A DNA stretch of 29,705 nt, filler included, from an uncultured virus (IMG/VR IMGVR_UViG_2061766007_000535) (lineage: Duplodnaviria > Heunggongvirae > Uroviricota > Caudoviricetes). It is 2 parts of one record of this genome, joined end to end, with 100 filler letters (N's around TTAATTAATTAA, not from the genome) between each part and the next. Parts side by side here need not be neighbours in the genome. Positions count along the whole stretch, not along the records: positions 7,157 to 29,705 come from IMGVR_UViG_2061766007_000535; 1 more part is not named here. One strand, given 5' to 3'. The notes under the pieces were generated by a model. The model ran no database searches, was not told the origin of the DNA, and saw nothing but the letters and a program-made list of their open reading frames with translations. A program made the position numbers and the translations under genes. Shown piece after piece: positions 17,526 through 28,154 of this stretch. Numbering within the stretch: position 1 is the stretch's first letter; every line of letters starts with the position of its first letter.

Positions 17526-18005
17526 ATGGCCATTCTCAATTTCAACGCGAATGAAGTCGAACCCAGCAAAACTTTCGACCCGATCCCCGCAGGGAAATAC
17601 ATCGCCGTCATCACGGATTCCGAGATGAAGGAAACCAGAGCCGGGACCGGACGCTACCTCCAGCTCGAATTCGAGATCACGGACGGTGAATTCGCCGGAC
17701 GCAAGCTCTGGTCCCGCCTGAACATCGAGAACCAGAATGCCGAAGCGGTCCGCATGGCCCGTGCCGACCTGTCCGCCATCTGCCGTGCGGTCAACGTCCT
17801 CACTCCGAACGATTCCGCCGACCTCCACAACCTCCCGCTCGTCATCAAGGTCCACTGCCGGAAGGACAAGAACACCGGGGAGATCACCAACGACATCCGC
17901 GGCTACGAGCCCAGGGCGAACTACAAGCCGGAACCGAAGCCGGCTCCCGCGATGCCGACAACCGCCCAGCCCGCCCGCGTTCCCAGCAAGCCGCCGTGGA
18001 TGTGA
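17526..18005 (+). CDS. DUF669-type SSB-like protein
   Basis: Same signature as 14000-14476. Confidence 0.82.
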   Translation: MAILNFNANEVEPSKTFDPIPAGKYIAVITDSEMKETRAGTGRYLQLEFEITDGEFAGRKLWSRLNIENQNAEAVRMARADLSAICRAVNVLTPNDSADLHNLPLVIKVHCRKDKNTGEITNDIRGYEPRANYKPEPKPAPAMPTTAQPARVPSKPPWM

Positions 18006-18379
18006 TGCTCGAACTCGAACTGCCGTGGCCCCCAAGTCTCAACCATTACTATAGGCATGTGGGACCGCGCGTCCTCATCAGCCGTGATGGCCGGAAGTAC
18101 CGGGAGAGCGTGACGGCGATTGCACGGAGAACGGGGTATGCGAAATTCACATGCCCCGTTCAAGTCGAGCTTGACCTTTATCCGCCCGACAACCGCAGGC
18201 GCGACATCGACAACTCGGAAAAGAGTTTACTGGACGCGCTCACCTGCGCGGGCGTGTACGAGGATGACTCCCTCATCTACAAAATCACAGTCACCAAAAG
18301 AGAACCTATGCCCCCGAATGGAATGGTGTTCATAAGGATTTCAGAATATGAAAAAGATCAACCGCAGCAAGCAGATTGA
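18005..18379 (+). CDS. rusA: RusA-family Holliday junction resolvase
   Basis: LPWPPSLNHYYR; RRRDIDN; DDS. Confidence 0.9.
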   Translation: MLELELPWPPSLNHYYRHVGPRVLISRDGRKYRESVTAIARRTGYAKFTCPVQVELDLYPPDNRRRDIDNSEKSLLDALTCAGVYEDDSLIYKITVTKREPMPPNGMVFIRISEYEKDQPQQAD

Positions 18380-18566
18380 TGCCGTGCAGAACTTCTGCAA
18401 GAACCTGTCCGACAGAAAGGAAATCAACGTCTGTAATATGCTGATGAGGGGAGTCCCGGAAAACAAGGTCCGCAGGATTATGCACATGAAGAAGAAAGAC
18501 TGGGAAGAAATGAAGAAAAATATCGGCGACGGCTTGAAGAAGTCGGGCGTTCAGCTGAGGGACTGA
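18348..18566 (+). CDS. 72-aa putative HTH protein
   Basis: Orthologue of 4082-4300; overlaps the rusA 3' end. Confidence 0.65.
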   Translation: MKKINRSKQIDAVQNFCKNLSDRKEINVCNMLMRGVPENKVRRIMHMKKKDWEEMKKNIGDGLKKSGVQLRD

Positions 18567-18568
18567 CA

Positions 18569-20311
18569 ATGGAATTGCGGCCCTACCAGCGGGAGGCGGT
18601 TGAGGCCGTATACAACCACCTCCGCGAAAAGAAAAACAATCCATGCGTCGTTCTCCCCACGGGCACGGGCAAGTCTCTGGTGATCGGACAGATCGCGAAG
18701 GACGCCGTAACGCAATGGAGTGGCCGTGTGCTCATTCTCGCTCACGTGAAGGAACTCCTTGAACAGAACGCCGACAAGATTCGGAAGCTCTGCCCGGAAG
18801 TTCCCATCGGAATCTTCTCCGCAGGGCTGAAGTCGCGGAACACCGAGGAGCCGGTCATTGTGGCCGGAATCCAGAGCGTGTACAACAAGGCCGAGTTGCT
18901 GGGCAAATTCGACTTGATTATCGTTGACGAAGCACACCTCATCGCTCCGGACGGGGATGGAATGTACCGGACGTTCCTGCAGGACATGAAGGGCATCAAT
19001 CCCCGTGTCCGGCTTATCGGGCTGACGGCCACGCCGTTCAGATTGAAGGGCGGCCTCATCTGCAAGCCGGACAACCTCCTGAATGAAATCTGCTACGAGG
19101 CCAACCTCAAAGAGATGATTCAGCAAGGGTACTTGTCGCCATTGATATCCCGTGCCGGACGCGCGGAGGCCGACCTCGGCAATCTGCACATCCGTGGCGG
19201 AGAGTTCATCGCCGACGAAATCGAGGCGGCGATGGATACGGAACAACTCGTTCTGTCCGCCTGTCGGGAAATCGTCGACTTGACGCGGGACCGCAAGTCC
19301 GTGCTGATATTCACCTCGTCGGTGAAGCACTGCCAGCACGTCGCCGAGGCTATCCGAGGATACAGCGGGCAGGAATGCGCAGTCGTGACCGGAGACACTC
19401 CGGCTGGCGAACGCGCCGAAATTCTCGACCGATTCAAAGGCAAGACTGTTCCCGCAGACCTGTTCGGAACGCCGAAGCCGCCGCTGAAGTTTCTGTGCAA
19501 CGTGAACGTATTGACGACTGGATTCGACGCTGTGAACACGGACTGCATCGTCCTGCTCCGCCCGACGAACTCGGCGGGCTTGCTGATCCAGATGGTCGGA
19601 CGCGGAACACGCCTCTCACCCGAAACAGGGAAGACGAATTGCCTTGTCCTGGACTACGGCGGCAACATCATGCGCCACGGCCCCGTGGACATGATCCGAG
19701 TCAAGGACAAGACCCCCGGCAACGGCGATGCTCCGGCGAAGAAATGCCCGGAATGCTACGCGCTCATCCATGCGGCATATGCGAAATGCCCGCAGTGCGG
19801 ATACGAATTCCCGCCATCGCAGCATTCCGAGCTTACCGCCCATGCCGCCCACGACGGCATTATCTCCGGCGAGGTCTTCTTCGACGAATACGAGGTGCGC
19901 CGCACATTCTACGATGTCCATCGGAAACGGTATGCGCCCGATGACGCGCCGAGCACGATGCGCGTCGACTACGAGGTGGCGTTTCAAACGTACAAGTCGG
20001 AATGGGTCTGTCCGGAACACTCCGGGTACGCACGAACCAAGTTCGTCAAGTGGTGGAAGGAGCGTGCGCCGGAGTGGTGTCCAGTGCCGCACAGCGCCGC
20101 CGAGGCAGTCCGCCTGGCGAACTCCGGCATCCTTGCCGAGCCGAAGAGAATCACCGTCCGCTCGACAGCAGGCGAGAAGTTCGAAACCATAACCAGGTAC
20201 GAGCTTGGCGAGCGTCCCGAACGCGAGCCGGGTGACGATTCAGCGGAGGTCGCAATGTCCGGCGAAGACCCGCACGTTGAGGACTTTGACCCGGACGACA
20301 TACCGTTCTGA
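18569..20311 (+). CDS. SF2 DEAH-box helicase, RadD/YejH-like, with C-terminal zinc ribbon
   Basis: SF2 motifs (Q-motif, Walker A, DEAH, TAT, GFD, QxxGR), CPEC/CPQC ribbon and acidic DDIPF tail. Confidence 0.93.
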   Translation: MELRPYQREAVEAVYNHLREKKNNPCVVLPTGTGKSLVIGQIAKDAVTQWSGRVLILAHVKELLEQNADKIRKLCPEVPIGIFSAGLKSRNTEEPVIVAGIQSVYNKAELLGKFDLIIVDEAHLIAPDGDGMYRTFLQDMKGINPRVRLIGLTATPFRLKGGLICKPDNLLNEICYEANLKEMIQQGYLSPLISRAGRAEADLGNLHIRGGEFIADEIEAAMDTEQLVLSACREIVDLTRDRKSVLIFTSSVKHCQHVAEAIRGYSGQECAVVTGDTPAGERAEILDRFKGKTVPADLFGTPKPPLKFLCNVNVLTTGFDAVNTDCIVLLRPTNSAGLLIQMVGRGTRLSPETGKTNCLVLDYGGNIMRHGPVDMIRVKDKTPGNGDAPAKKCPECYALIHAAYAKCPQCGYEFPPSQHSELTAHAAHDGIISGEVFFDEYEVRRTFYDVHRKRYAPDDAPSTMRVDYEVAFQTYKSEWVCPEHSGYARTKFVKWWKERAPEWCPVPHSAAEAVRLANSGILAEPKRITVRSTAGEKFETITRYELGERPEREPGDDSAEVAMSGEDPHVEDFDPDDIPF

Positions 20312-20329
20312 GCAGAAAGGAAAAAGAAC

Positions 20330-20641
20330 ATGGGCTGGGGAACATACTACAAGTACGACGGCTATCTCTCCCGCATCGGGAAGAATGAGATCGAAAGCAA
20401 ACGCGAAGAATGCGAAAGCATCAATGAGATGCTCTGGCGCGAGATTCTCGCTTATATGGCGATGACGCCTCCCGCCTACGCGAAGGATGACGAGGGCCAC
20501 GAATATCCGTGGGCTGAATTCATCGCAATGAAGCTCCGTGAATTCCGAGAAGAGATCGAGGAGAACGCACGGCTTGTCGCCCGTCTGGATGACTGCGAAG
20601 AGGCCATGCGCGAAAACCCGGACAGCGTAACAGAAGGATAA
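20330..20641 (+). CDS. Hypothetical phage protein (103 aa)
   Basis: RBS AAAGGA; a conserved allele lies at 7157-7349. Confidence 0.75.
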   Translation: MGWGTYYKYDGYLSRIGKNEIESKREECESINEMLWREILAYMAMTPPAYAKDDEGHEYPWAEFIAMKLREFREEIEENARLVARLDDCEEAMRENPDSVTEG

Positions 20642-20646
20642 ACATC

Positions 20647-20865
20647 ATGGGAAAAGAAAAAGACTATCGCGAACAGATCGACCGTTCCGTCAAGCGTCTG
20701 GCGAAGGCGCTGAACATCATCGAAGCCCTGCACGGCGAACTCGAATTCGTGTTCGAGCACACCGACTGGAACAGCGAAGTCAACTGGCAGATCGAAGAGG
20801 CCGCGTCGAAGCTCGGCTTCGCGCTCGCCACGCTCAACAACTGGTACGACGACCCGGAAGAATAA
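20647..20865 (+). CDS. Hypothetical phage protein (72 aa, helical, acidic C-terminus)
   Basis: RBS AAGGA; an allele starts at 7353. Confidence 0.75.
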   Translation: MGKEKDYREQIDRSVKRLAKALNIIEALHGELEFVFEHTDWNSEVNWQIEEAASKLGFALATLNNWYDDPEE

Positions 20866-20887
20866 CAAACCAAGAAAGGAACTTCCA

Positions 20888-21253
20888 ATGCCCAACAAAC
20901 CCGAAACCGTGTTCTACGGTGCAACCCCCGTCCGCACGTTCGCGGTCAATGGCAGAATCAAGTACGCCGCCCGCGATCTCTGCGGCATCCTTGGCTATCA
21001 CGCACCGCACGACATGCTGAACCCGTTCGTCAAGTCGAAGCCGGAATACATCGATGCCATCACTCGTGGAGGTACGCAGAAGCTCCGCGTGGCCGAACGC
21101 GGCGACATCGAAAAAGTGCTTGACCGCTGCCGCCACCGCAATGCTCCGAAGCTCCGCGCCTGGCTCCGCAGAGGTACGGCGCAGATTGCTCCGAAGCCCG
21201 CCGAAAAGCCGAAGAAGGATGAAAACGTCCTGCTCGTGTTCGTCTTCGACTGA
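20888..21253 (+). CDS. BRO-N domain protein (antirepressor-like)
   Basis: FYGATPVRT...YAARDLCGILGY...TRGGTQKL...APKLRAW. Confidence 0.78.
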   Translation: MPNKPETVFYGATPVRTFAVNGRIKYAARDLCGILGYHAPHDMLNPFVKSKPEYIDAITRGGTQKLRVAERGDIEKVLDRCRHRNAPKLRAWLRRGTAQIAPKPAEKPKKDENVLLVFVFD

Positions 21254-21264
21254 TGGGAGGAAGC

Positions 21265-24200
21265 ATGACAAACCGCGAAGAAATCGTTCGCGCGCTGCGT
21301 CTGCTGTTCTCCNNNNNNNNNNTGCTCCGAAGCCCGCCGAAAAGCCGAAGAAGGACGATAACGTCCTGCTCGTGTTCGTCTTCGACTGATGGGAGGAGGC
21401 ATGACAAACCGCGAAGAAATCGTTCGCGCGCTGCGTCTGCTGTTCTCCGAGGGGGATGTGTTCGAGGTCAGAATATTGAAGGCTGTGTCGGCGAATTACA
21501 TGAGGCCGCACACGGAATCCGGNNNNNNNNNNCGGCATGACAAACCGCGAAGAAATCGTTCGCGCGCTGCGTCTGCTGTTCTCNNNNNNNNNNAGCACAT
21601 CCCCCAGGCTGCTGATGCCATCGCAAAGATTCGAGCCTTCGCAGGTGCGTATGTCACGCTCAACCCCGTCGACCCCGACCTCCTGGCACGGGCGTTCAAC
21701 AGGCTCGGTCCAGCCGAGCAGAATGCGACCACGGCGGACGATGACGTCGTGCGACGACGTTGGCTTCCCATCGACTGCGACGCAGTGCGGAAAAGCAACA
21801 TCTCCAGCACGGACGAGGAACACAAAGCGGCGCTCGAACTCGCAGACCAGATCCGCAACGGGCTTGCCTCAGTCGGGTGGCCGCAGCCGGTCGTGCTTGA
21901 TTCCGGCAACGGCGCACAACTCCTTTACCGCATCGACCTTCCTGCAAAGGACGACGACCTTGTCCAGAACGTCATTGCGAGCATCGCGGCCGCATCGACC
22001 GACAAGGTGCATGTCGATCTCACGGTGTTCAACCCGGCACGGATCTGGCGCATCCCCGGCACGCTAAACTGCAAGGGCGACAGCATCCCGAACCGTCCGC
22101 ATCGCATGGCGAACATCGTGTCAGTGCCGGATGTCGTTCAGACTGTGNNNNNNNNNNTGCACGGATCTGGCGTTTGCCCGGCACAATGAACTGCAAGGGC
22201 GACAGCATCCCGAACCGTCCGCACCGAATGGCGAACATCGTGTCTGTGCCGGATGTCGTTCAGGCGGTAACGAAGGAACAGCTCGAAGCCGCCGCAGGAT
22301 ATGAACGTCCCGAACCCGTGCCGGTGCAGACGGCGTCCAATGGATTCGTCCTTGACGATTGGATTCTCCGGCATGGCCTCAACGTGAACAGCCCCGTTCC
22401 ATANNNNNNNNNNGCCGAAGCCCGTCGATATCGGCGACCTCGAAAAGAAGGAGAACAGCCTTGAATTCACTGGCGACCCAGGCAGGATCAGCGAAAAGCT
22501 TCTGCACGTTCCCGGCCTCATCGACGAGATCACGGACTTTTCCATGAGCTGCGCTCCGAAACCGAACAGGCTCCTGTCGTTCTGCGGCGCTCTGTCCTGT
22601 CTGTCGCTCCTGGTCGGTCGCAACGTAGCCGACACACGGAACAACCGCGCAAACATTTACCTTATCGCGCTCGCGGGATCGGGNNNNNNNNNNCCTGCAC
22701 GTTCCCGGCCTCATCGACGAGATCACGGACTTCTCCATGAGCTGTGCCCCAAAGCCGAACAGGCTCCTGTCGTTCTGCGGCGCTCTGTCCTGTCTGTCGC
22801 TCCTGGTTGGACGCAACGTCGCCGATACACGGAACAACCGCGCGAACATTTATCTTATCGCGCTCGCGGGATCGGGNNNNNNNNNNCGACTGGCGCAAAC
22901 TCCGGGAGATGTACGAGCCGGGCTGCTACGACAAACCGAAACCGCAGGAGCCTGTCTCCGTGGACATCAGCGGCTTGATGAAACCGAAGCCCGTCGACCT
23001 TGGCGACCTCGAAAAGAAGGAGAACAGCCTTGAATTCACGGGCGATCCCGGCAAAATCAGCGAAAAGCTCCTGCACGTTCCCGGTCTCATCGACGAGATC
23101 ACGGACTTCTCCATGAGCTGTGCCCCAAAGCCGAANNNNNNNNNNCGCCGATACCCGGAACAACCGCGCGAACATCTACCTTATCGCGCTCGCGGGATCG
23201 GGCGTCGGCAAAGACCACCCGCGACGCATCACCAAGACCATCGCCTGTGCCGCGAAGCCCGCCATGAACCAGTGCATCGCGAACTCGTTCGCATCCGGCG
23301 AAGCCCTGGAGGACGCCCTCTTCATCAGCCCGTCAATGCTGTTCCAGGTCGACGAGATCGACACCCTCATCAACAGCATGAAGTCGGGCGACCCGCGAGC
23401 CGAGGCGATGATTGGAAAGATGCTCGAAATCTTCACCTCGTCTTCAAGCTCCTACACCATCCGAAGCAAGGCTATGGGCCGTGCTGAACTCATCAAACGC
23501 AAAAAAGAACAGAAAGAGAAAGGATTTGATTCCATGGCCGTTGACATTCAGAACCCGTACCTCGTCATCTTCGGCACGGCCATCCCGGAGATGTTTTTCC
23601 AGTCGCTCAACAAGCGTCTGCTCGCCAACGGCCTTATCGCACGATGCCTCATCTTCGAAGCCGGAGAACGCGGCAAAAAGAACCACGCCCAATTCATCAG
23701 CGTTCCACCTCCCATCATCCGACAGGTCAAAACGATTCTCAATTACGGTCAAAGCAGNNNNNNNNNNTTACACCATCCGCAGTAAGGCTATGGGCCGCGC
23801 TGAACTCATCAAACGCAAAAAAGAACAGAAAGAGAAAGGATTCGATTCCATGGCCGTTGACATCCAGAACCCGTACCTCGTCATCTTCGGCACGGCCATC
23901 CCGGAGATGTTTTTCCAGTCGCTCAACAAGCGTCTGCTCGCCAACGGCCTTATCGCACGATGCCTCATCTTCGAAGCCGGAGAACGCGGCAAGAAGAACC
24001 ACGCCCAATTCATCAGCGTCCCGCCACCCATCATCCGACAGGTCAAAACTATCCTCAATTACGGTCAGAGCAGAGGAAATCTCTGCGTGGAATTCCCGAC
24101 GCCGATGGTCATCCAGTCCACCGAGGCCGCGGCCAAGATGCTCGACAAGCTGGACGACAAGTATGACGAGATCTACAGTAAATATGACAAGCTCAAAGCA

Positions 24201-25443
24201 ATCATCCCGACCGCATTCTGGGCTCGCGCATTCGAAAAAGTGTGCAAGCTNNNNNNNNNNCATCCTCAATTACGGTCAAAGCAGAGGAAACCTCTGCATG
24301 GAATTCCCGACGCCGATGGTCATTCAGGCGACCGAGGACGCGGCAAAACTCCTCGACAAGCTGGACGACNNNNNNNNNNTGAAGCAGGAGAACGCGGCAA
24401 AAAGAACCACGCCCAATTTATCAGCGTCCCACCTCCCATCATCCGACAGGTCAAAACTATCCTCAATTACGGTCAAAGCAGAGGGAATCTCTGCATGGAA
24501 TTCCCGACGCCGATGGTCATCCAGTCCACCGAGGACGCGGCCAAGTTGCTCGACAAGCTGGATGACAAGTACGACGAGATCTACAGCAAGTACGACAAGC
24601 TCAAAGCCATCATCCCGACCGCATTCTGGGCTCGCGCATTCGAAAAGGTGTGCAANNNNNNNNNNACTGCTCGACAAGCTGGATGACAAGTATGATGGCA
24701 TCTACGAAAAGTACGACAAGATGAAAGCCATCGTGCCGACTGCCTTTTGGGCGCGCGCCTTTGAAAAGGTGTGCAAGCTGTCCATCCTGTACGCCGTCAG
24801 CGAGAACGTCAACGATCCCGTCATCTCCGTGGATGCAGTCAAGTGGGCAAGCCAGTTCGTGGAATACCAGATCAATAAAACCCTCTTCCTTACAAACTCT
24901 TACACGTTTGAAAACCCGTTCGACGAGAAATGCCAGAAGGCATTACGGTACATCCGCGAGGCCGGTGGCACATACACCCACAGCGCTTTGCTGAAACGCA
25001 TGCACGAATCCAGAGAAATGTTCCGACAGATCATCGACACCCTCAAGGAAAACGGCAGCATCGTCGCAGAAGAAGCTGAATCAGGCGGCAGAAAACCGCT
25101 GGTATACTATCGCCTGACGTGATAATTCCCAAAAATGGATTCCCAAATCAAAAATTCCCAAGATGATGGTCNNNNNNNNNNATATCAGATCAATAAAACC
25201 CTGTTCCTCACCAATTCATACACCTTCGAGAACCCGTTCGATGAGAAATGCCAGAAGGCTTTGCGGTACATCCGCGAGGCCGGTGGCACATACACCCACA
25301 GCGCTTTGCTGAAACGCATGCACGAATCTAGAGAAATGTTCCGGCAGATCATCGACACCCTCAAAGAAAACGGCAGCATCGTTGCGGAGGAAGCCGAGTC
25401 CGGAGGCAGAAAACCGCTGGTCTATTACCGACTGGTTCAATAA
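21265..25443 (+). CDS. Phage primase-helicase (AEP/Prim-Pol-like N-terminus plus DUF3987-like P-loop domain), as many overlapping allelic fragments
   Basis: WLPIDCD, DSGNGAQL and FNPARIWRIPGT (AEP-like); LAGSGVGKD Walker A and FQVDEID Walker B; alternative stops at 25122 and 25443. Confidence 0.72.
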
Positions 25444-25744
25444 TTCCCCAAAATGGATTCCCAAATCAAAAATTCCCAAGATGATGGTCAGAAAAAAAAT
25501 CGGACTTTTGGGAATTTATACCCGATTTGGGAATTTCTTGGGAACTTTTGAAAAAGACAGAGTATGCTGATAATGAATATAATATAAATTCTCAAAATCA
25601 AAAATTCCCAAATTCCCAAAAGTTCCCATAGGGTCTTACATGCAGGTCATTTTCGGCCATTTATACGCGTCTCCGCGGTTTGGATTGGGAATTTGTGAAT
25701 TTATAACTTATCTATCTCACAATCAAAGACCTAACGATTCCCAA
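25442..25744. repeat. AT-rich cluster of ATTCCCAA/TTGGGAAT octamers, candidate replication origin
   Basis: Exact copies at 25457, 25472, 25604, 25612, 25737 (+) and 25508, 25527, 25685 (-), plus about 5 variants. The start of the cluster recurs in the allele at 25123-25171. Confidence 0.7.
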
Positions 25745-25759
25745 TGAGCTTATGAGCTC

Positions 25760-25795
25760 AAAAAAGCCGGTGGAAACATGTGCGAAACCACCGGC
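25760..25795 (-). terminator. Probable intrinsic terminator for minus-strand transcription
   Basis: GCCGGTGG/CCACCGGC stem with a T6 tract on the minus strand. Confidence 0.6.
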
Positions 25796-25857
25796 AAAAT
25801 TGGAACAGNNNNNNNNNNTTAATTACTGATAATATTGAAGAACAAAACATCACAATT

Positions 25858-25885
25858 AATATATCACCGTTCCGACAAATTGCAA
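25858..25885 (-). promoter_or_regulatory. Sigma70-like promoter for a gene lost in the gap at 25809-25818
   Basis: TTGCAA-N16-TATATT with extended TG; the leader shares CTGATAATATTGAA with 28067-28080. Confidence 0.5.
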
Positions 25886-25915
25886 GATTCAGAAAGCGGA
25901 AAGAATTCTGAAATG

Positions 25916-27250
25916 TCAGCCCCCGACTCGTTCCATAGCTAGTTTCATCAATCTTGGGAACTCACCAATGAGGTACAACGGAATGTTAAGAAGACCGCCA
26001 TCAAGCCGCAGGTTCTGCATAGAGAAACGAACTGAAAGTTTTGGAGAGTATTTCTCTCTATATATCCGAAGTGATTTCGCGTTCAAATTTGTTCCGGATT
26101 TCACCTCAATCGGAATAACGCCTTGATCCGATTGAATCAGGAAGTCAACTTCTGCCTTTCCTATGGGATTGGTCCAGTAGCTAATAGGAGATATGTGCAT
26201 TGCCTTCAACTGTTCCAGAACATAGTTTTCCGCGATTTTTCCGTTGAATTCAGAAAAAATGTCGGGCGTGTTTAACGGGATGTTTGGCAGAATCTCCGCC
26301 AATTTCCTTAATACTCCGACATCCGAGGGGTAGAGCTTGAACAGTTTTCTGTCTTCGAAGCCCTTCAATGGTATTTCAGGCTTCTCGACTTGATTGACCT
26401 TGATTACCATTGAAGCATCAACAAGCCACTGCAGGGCATCCTCCAGGTCTTTTGCTCTGGCGCCTTTCCGGACTTCGCCGAATATGAATCGTTTGTTCTC
26501 CCGCGCAAATTGCACGGGGATGGAATTCCATATCATGGACAGTTTCGGAATGTCGCGAGCCGGAATATGTTTCATGAAGTCTTTCTTGAAGTTCTCCAGA
26601 ACGTTTCTCAGCGTCTCTTCTGTATCGTCGATGTTCCGTTCATCAAGGAATATAGATGCGACTTCCGGCATCCCTCCGAAAGTCAGGTATTCCCGAAGAT
26701 ATTCGGTCAGACGGCTTGCAAAAGCATCCGGCAAGGGTTCGAGAGGAACCGTTTCAATATGCTTTACCAGCATTGGAGCTGAAGCGTGAACATATTCCTT
26801 GAATGAACAGGGGCTCATGTCGAGAATACTGACTTTCCCAACGGGGAAACCTTCTTTTGCGGCAATCGAAATTCCAAGCAGAGAACCAGCAGAGGCTATG
26901 GCGTATTCCGGTGCATCTTCACAGAAGTATTTCAGGGAAACCAATGCGCGGGGACATACCTGAATCTCGTCGAAGATCACAAGTGTTTTTTGCGGAAGGA
27001 TTTGCTTGTTGGCAAAAGCACTTAATTGTGTGATGATTTTGGAAGGTTCATACGATCCGTCAAAGAACGACAGAATCTCACTGCTGTGTTCAAAGTTGAA
27101 GTAGGCGAAATCCTCAAAGTAGTGCTGACCGAAATACTTCAGAAGCCAGGTCTTTCCGCACTGGCGAACACCATTCAGGATCAATGGCTTTCTGCGGGGA
27201 GAATCTTTCCAGCGAATCAGGTCTTGGATAAGGAATCGTTCAATGTTCAT
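25916..27250 (-). CDS. AAA_14 ATPase with C-terminal DUF4143 / PD-(D/E)XK-like domain
   Basis: GVRQCGKT, VIFDEIQ, ASAGSLLG, FGGMPE, EVDFLI...PIEVKSG; RBS GGAGG before the start at 27250. Confidence 0.92.
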   Translation of the reverse strand: MNIERFLIQDLIRWKDSPRRKPLILNGVRQCGKTWLLKYFGQHYFEDFAYFNFEHSSEILSFFDGSYEPSKIITQLSAFANKQILPQKTLVIFDEIQVCPRALVSLKYFCEDAPEYAIASAGSLLGISIAAKEGFPVGKVSILDMSPCSFKEYVHASAPMLVKHIETVPLEPLPDAFASRLTEYLREYLTFGGMPEVASIFLDERNIDDTEETLRNVLENFKKDFMKHIPARDIPKLSMIWNSIPVQFARENKRFIFGEVRKGARAKDLEDALQWLVDASMVIKVNQVEKPEIPLKGFEDRKLFKLYPSDVGVLRKLAEILPNIPLNTPDIFSEFNGKIAENYVLEQLKAMHISPISYWTNPIGKAEVDFLIQSDQGVIPIEVKSGTNLNAKSLRIYREKYSPKLSVRFSMQNLRLDGGLLNIPLYLIGEFPRLMKLAMERVGG

Positions 27251-27278
27251 CTTGAGAACCTCCGTGTTGATACCAAAC

Positions 27279-27307
27279 AATATAGCACACTGGTTCCAGA
27301 AATGCAA
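27279..27307 (-). promoter_or_regulatory. Sigma70-like promoter of the AAA_14 gene
   Basis: TTGCAT-N17-TATATT with TGn extension. Confidence 0.6.
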
Positions 27308-27474
27308 GTGAAAACCCTAAATCTCCCTCGACATTTGCGATTGTTTGTCGCAAATCTCGTTCGACTTTTGCAAGTCTAAGCTTATAATGGGAACCAACCC
27401 CATAACCATTCAAAGAAAGGACACCTTTCAATGCAAATCCAAAACGTACCGATCACGTCGGTGANNNNNNNNNN

Positions 27475-28044
27475 AGTGATGACTTTATCCGTCGCCACAG
27501 CAGAAGCGGCAACGGCAACCGTCTTGGCAACCTTCGGAGCTCTGGGCTTTCTGGCCTTCTTTGCGGGCTTGTCGGCCTTTGCGGGCTTGGCAGCCTTGGT
27601 AGGCTTCTTGGCGACTTCGGCGGGAGCTTTCTCCGCCAGGAGCGCGGCAACTTTTCTCTTGCCGAGTTTGGTAAGAGCGCTGATAGCCGCGACCTGCGTG
27701 GCACGAGGACGATTCTTGCCAAGCTCCCAATGGCTGACCGTGAAGGTGGCAACGCCGAGAAGCGCGGCAAATCCCTTCTGGGAGATGCCGTATTTCTTGC
27801 GGAATTTGATAATGGTCTTCGGGGAGAATCTGGCTTTGCCGGATTTCGCGGGGACAACAACTTCTGCCGGTTTATCAGCTTTCGGTACAACGGGAACAGC
27901 CTGCTTCTTTTCGAGGGCTTCAATGCGCTTCGTCAGCTCACGGATGGTCTTCTGCTGCGCGGCGAGGGTTTCGCTAGCGACTTTTACTTCCTTGCGGGCA
28001 AGGCGACGCACTTCTTCTTGGAATGTCAGCTTGAAATCAGACAT
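27475..28044 (-). CDS. XRE-family HTH protein with N-terminal coiled coil and Lys/Ala/Pro-rich tail (3' end in gap)
   Basis: FRKKYGISQKGFAALLGVATFTVSHWELGKNRPR; tail KKPTKAAKPAKADKPAKKARKP. Confidence 0.85.
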
Positions 28045-28097
28045 GGTGTTTCTCCGTTGTAATTTGCTGATAATATTGAAATTGAGCGATCACCTAT

Positions 28098-28126
28098 AAT
28101 ATACCACGCCACGAACGAAAAAGCAA
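28098..28126 (-). promoter_or_regulatory. Sigma70-like promoter of the XRE gene
   Basis: TTGCTT-N17-TATATT with TGG extension. Confidence 0.65.
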
Positions 28127-28154
28127 GTTCCAAAATCCACAAAAACGCTTTTGC

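Noticed and set aside
21313..25181. Apparent tandem duplications or internal repeats in the primase
   Set aside because: Every repeat unit is separated by a 10-N gap and overlaps its neighbour; these are unresolved assembly bubbles.
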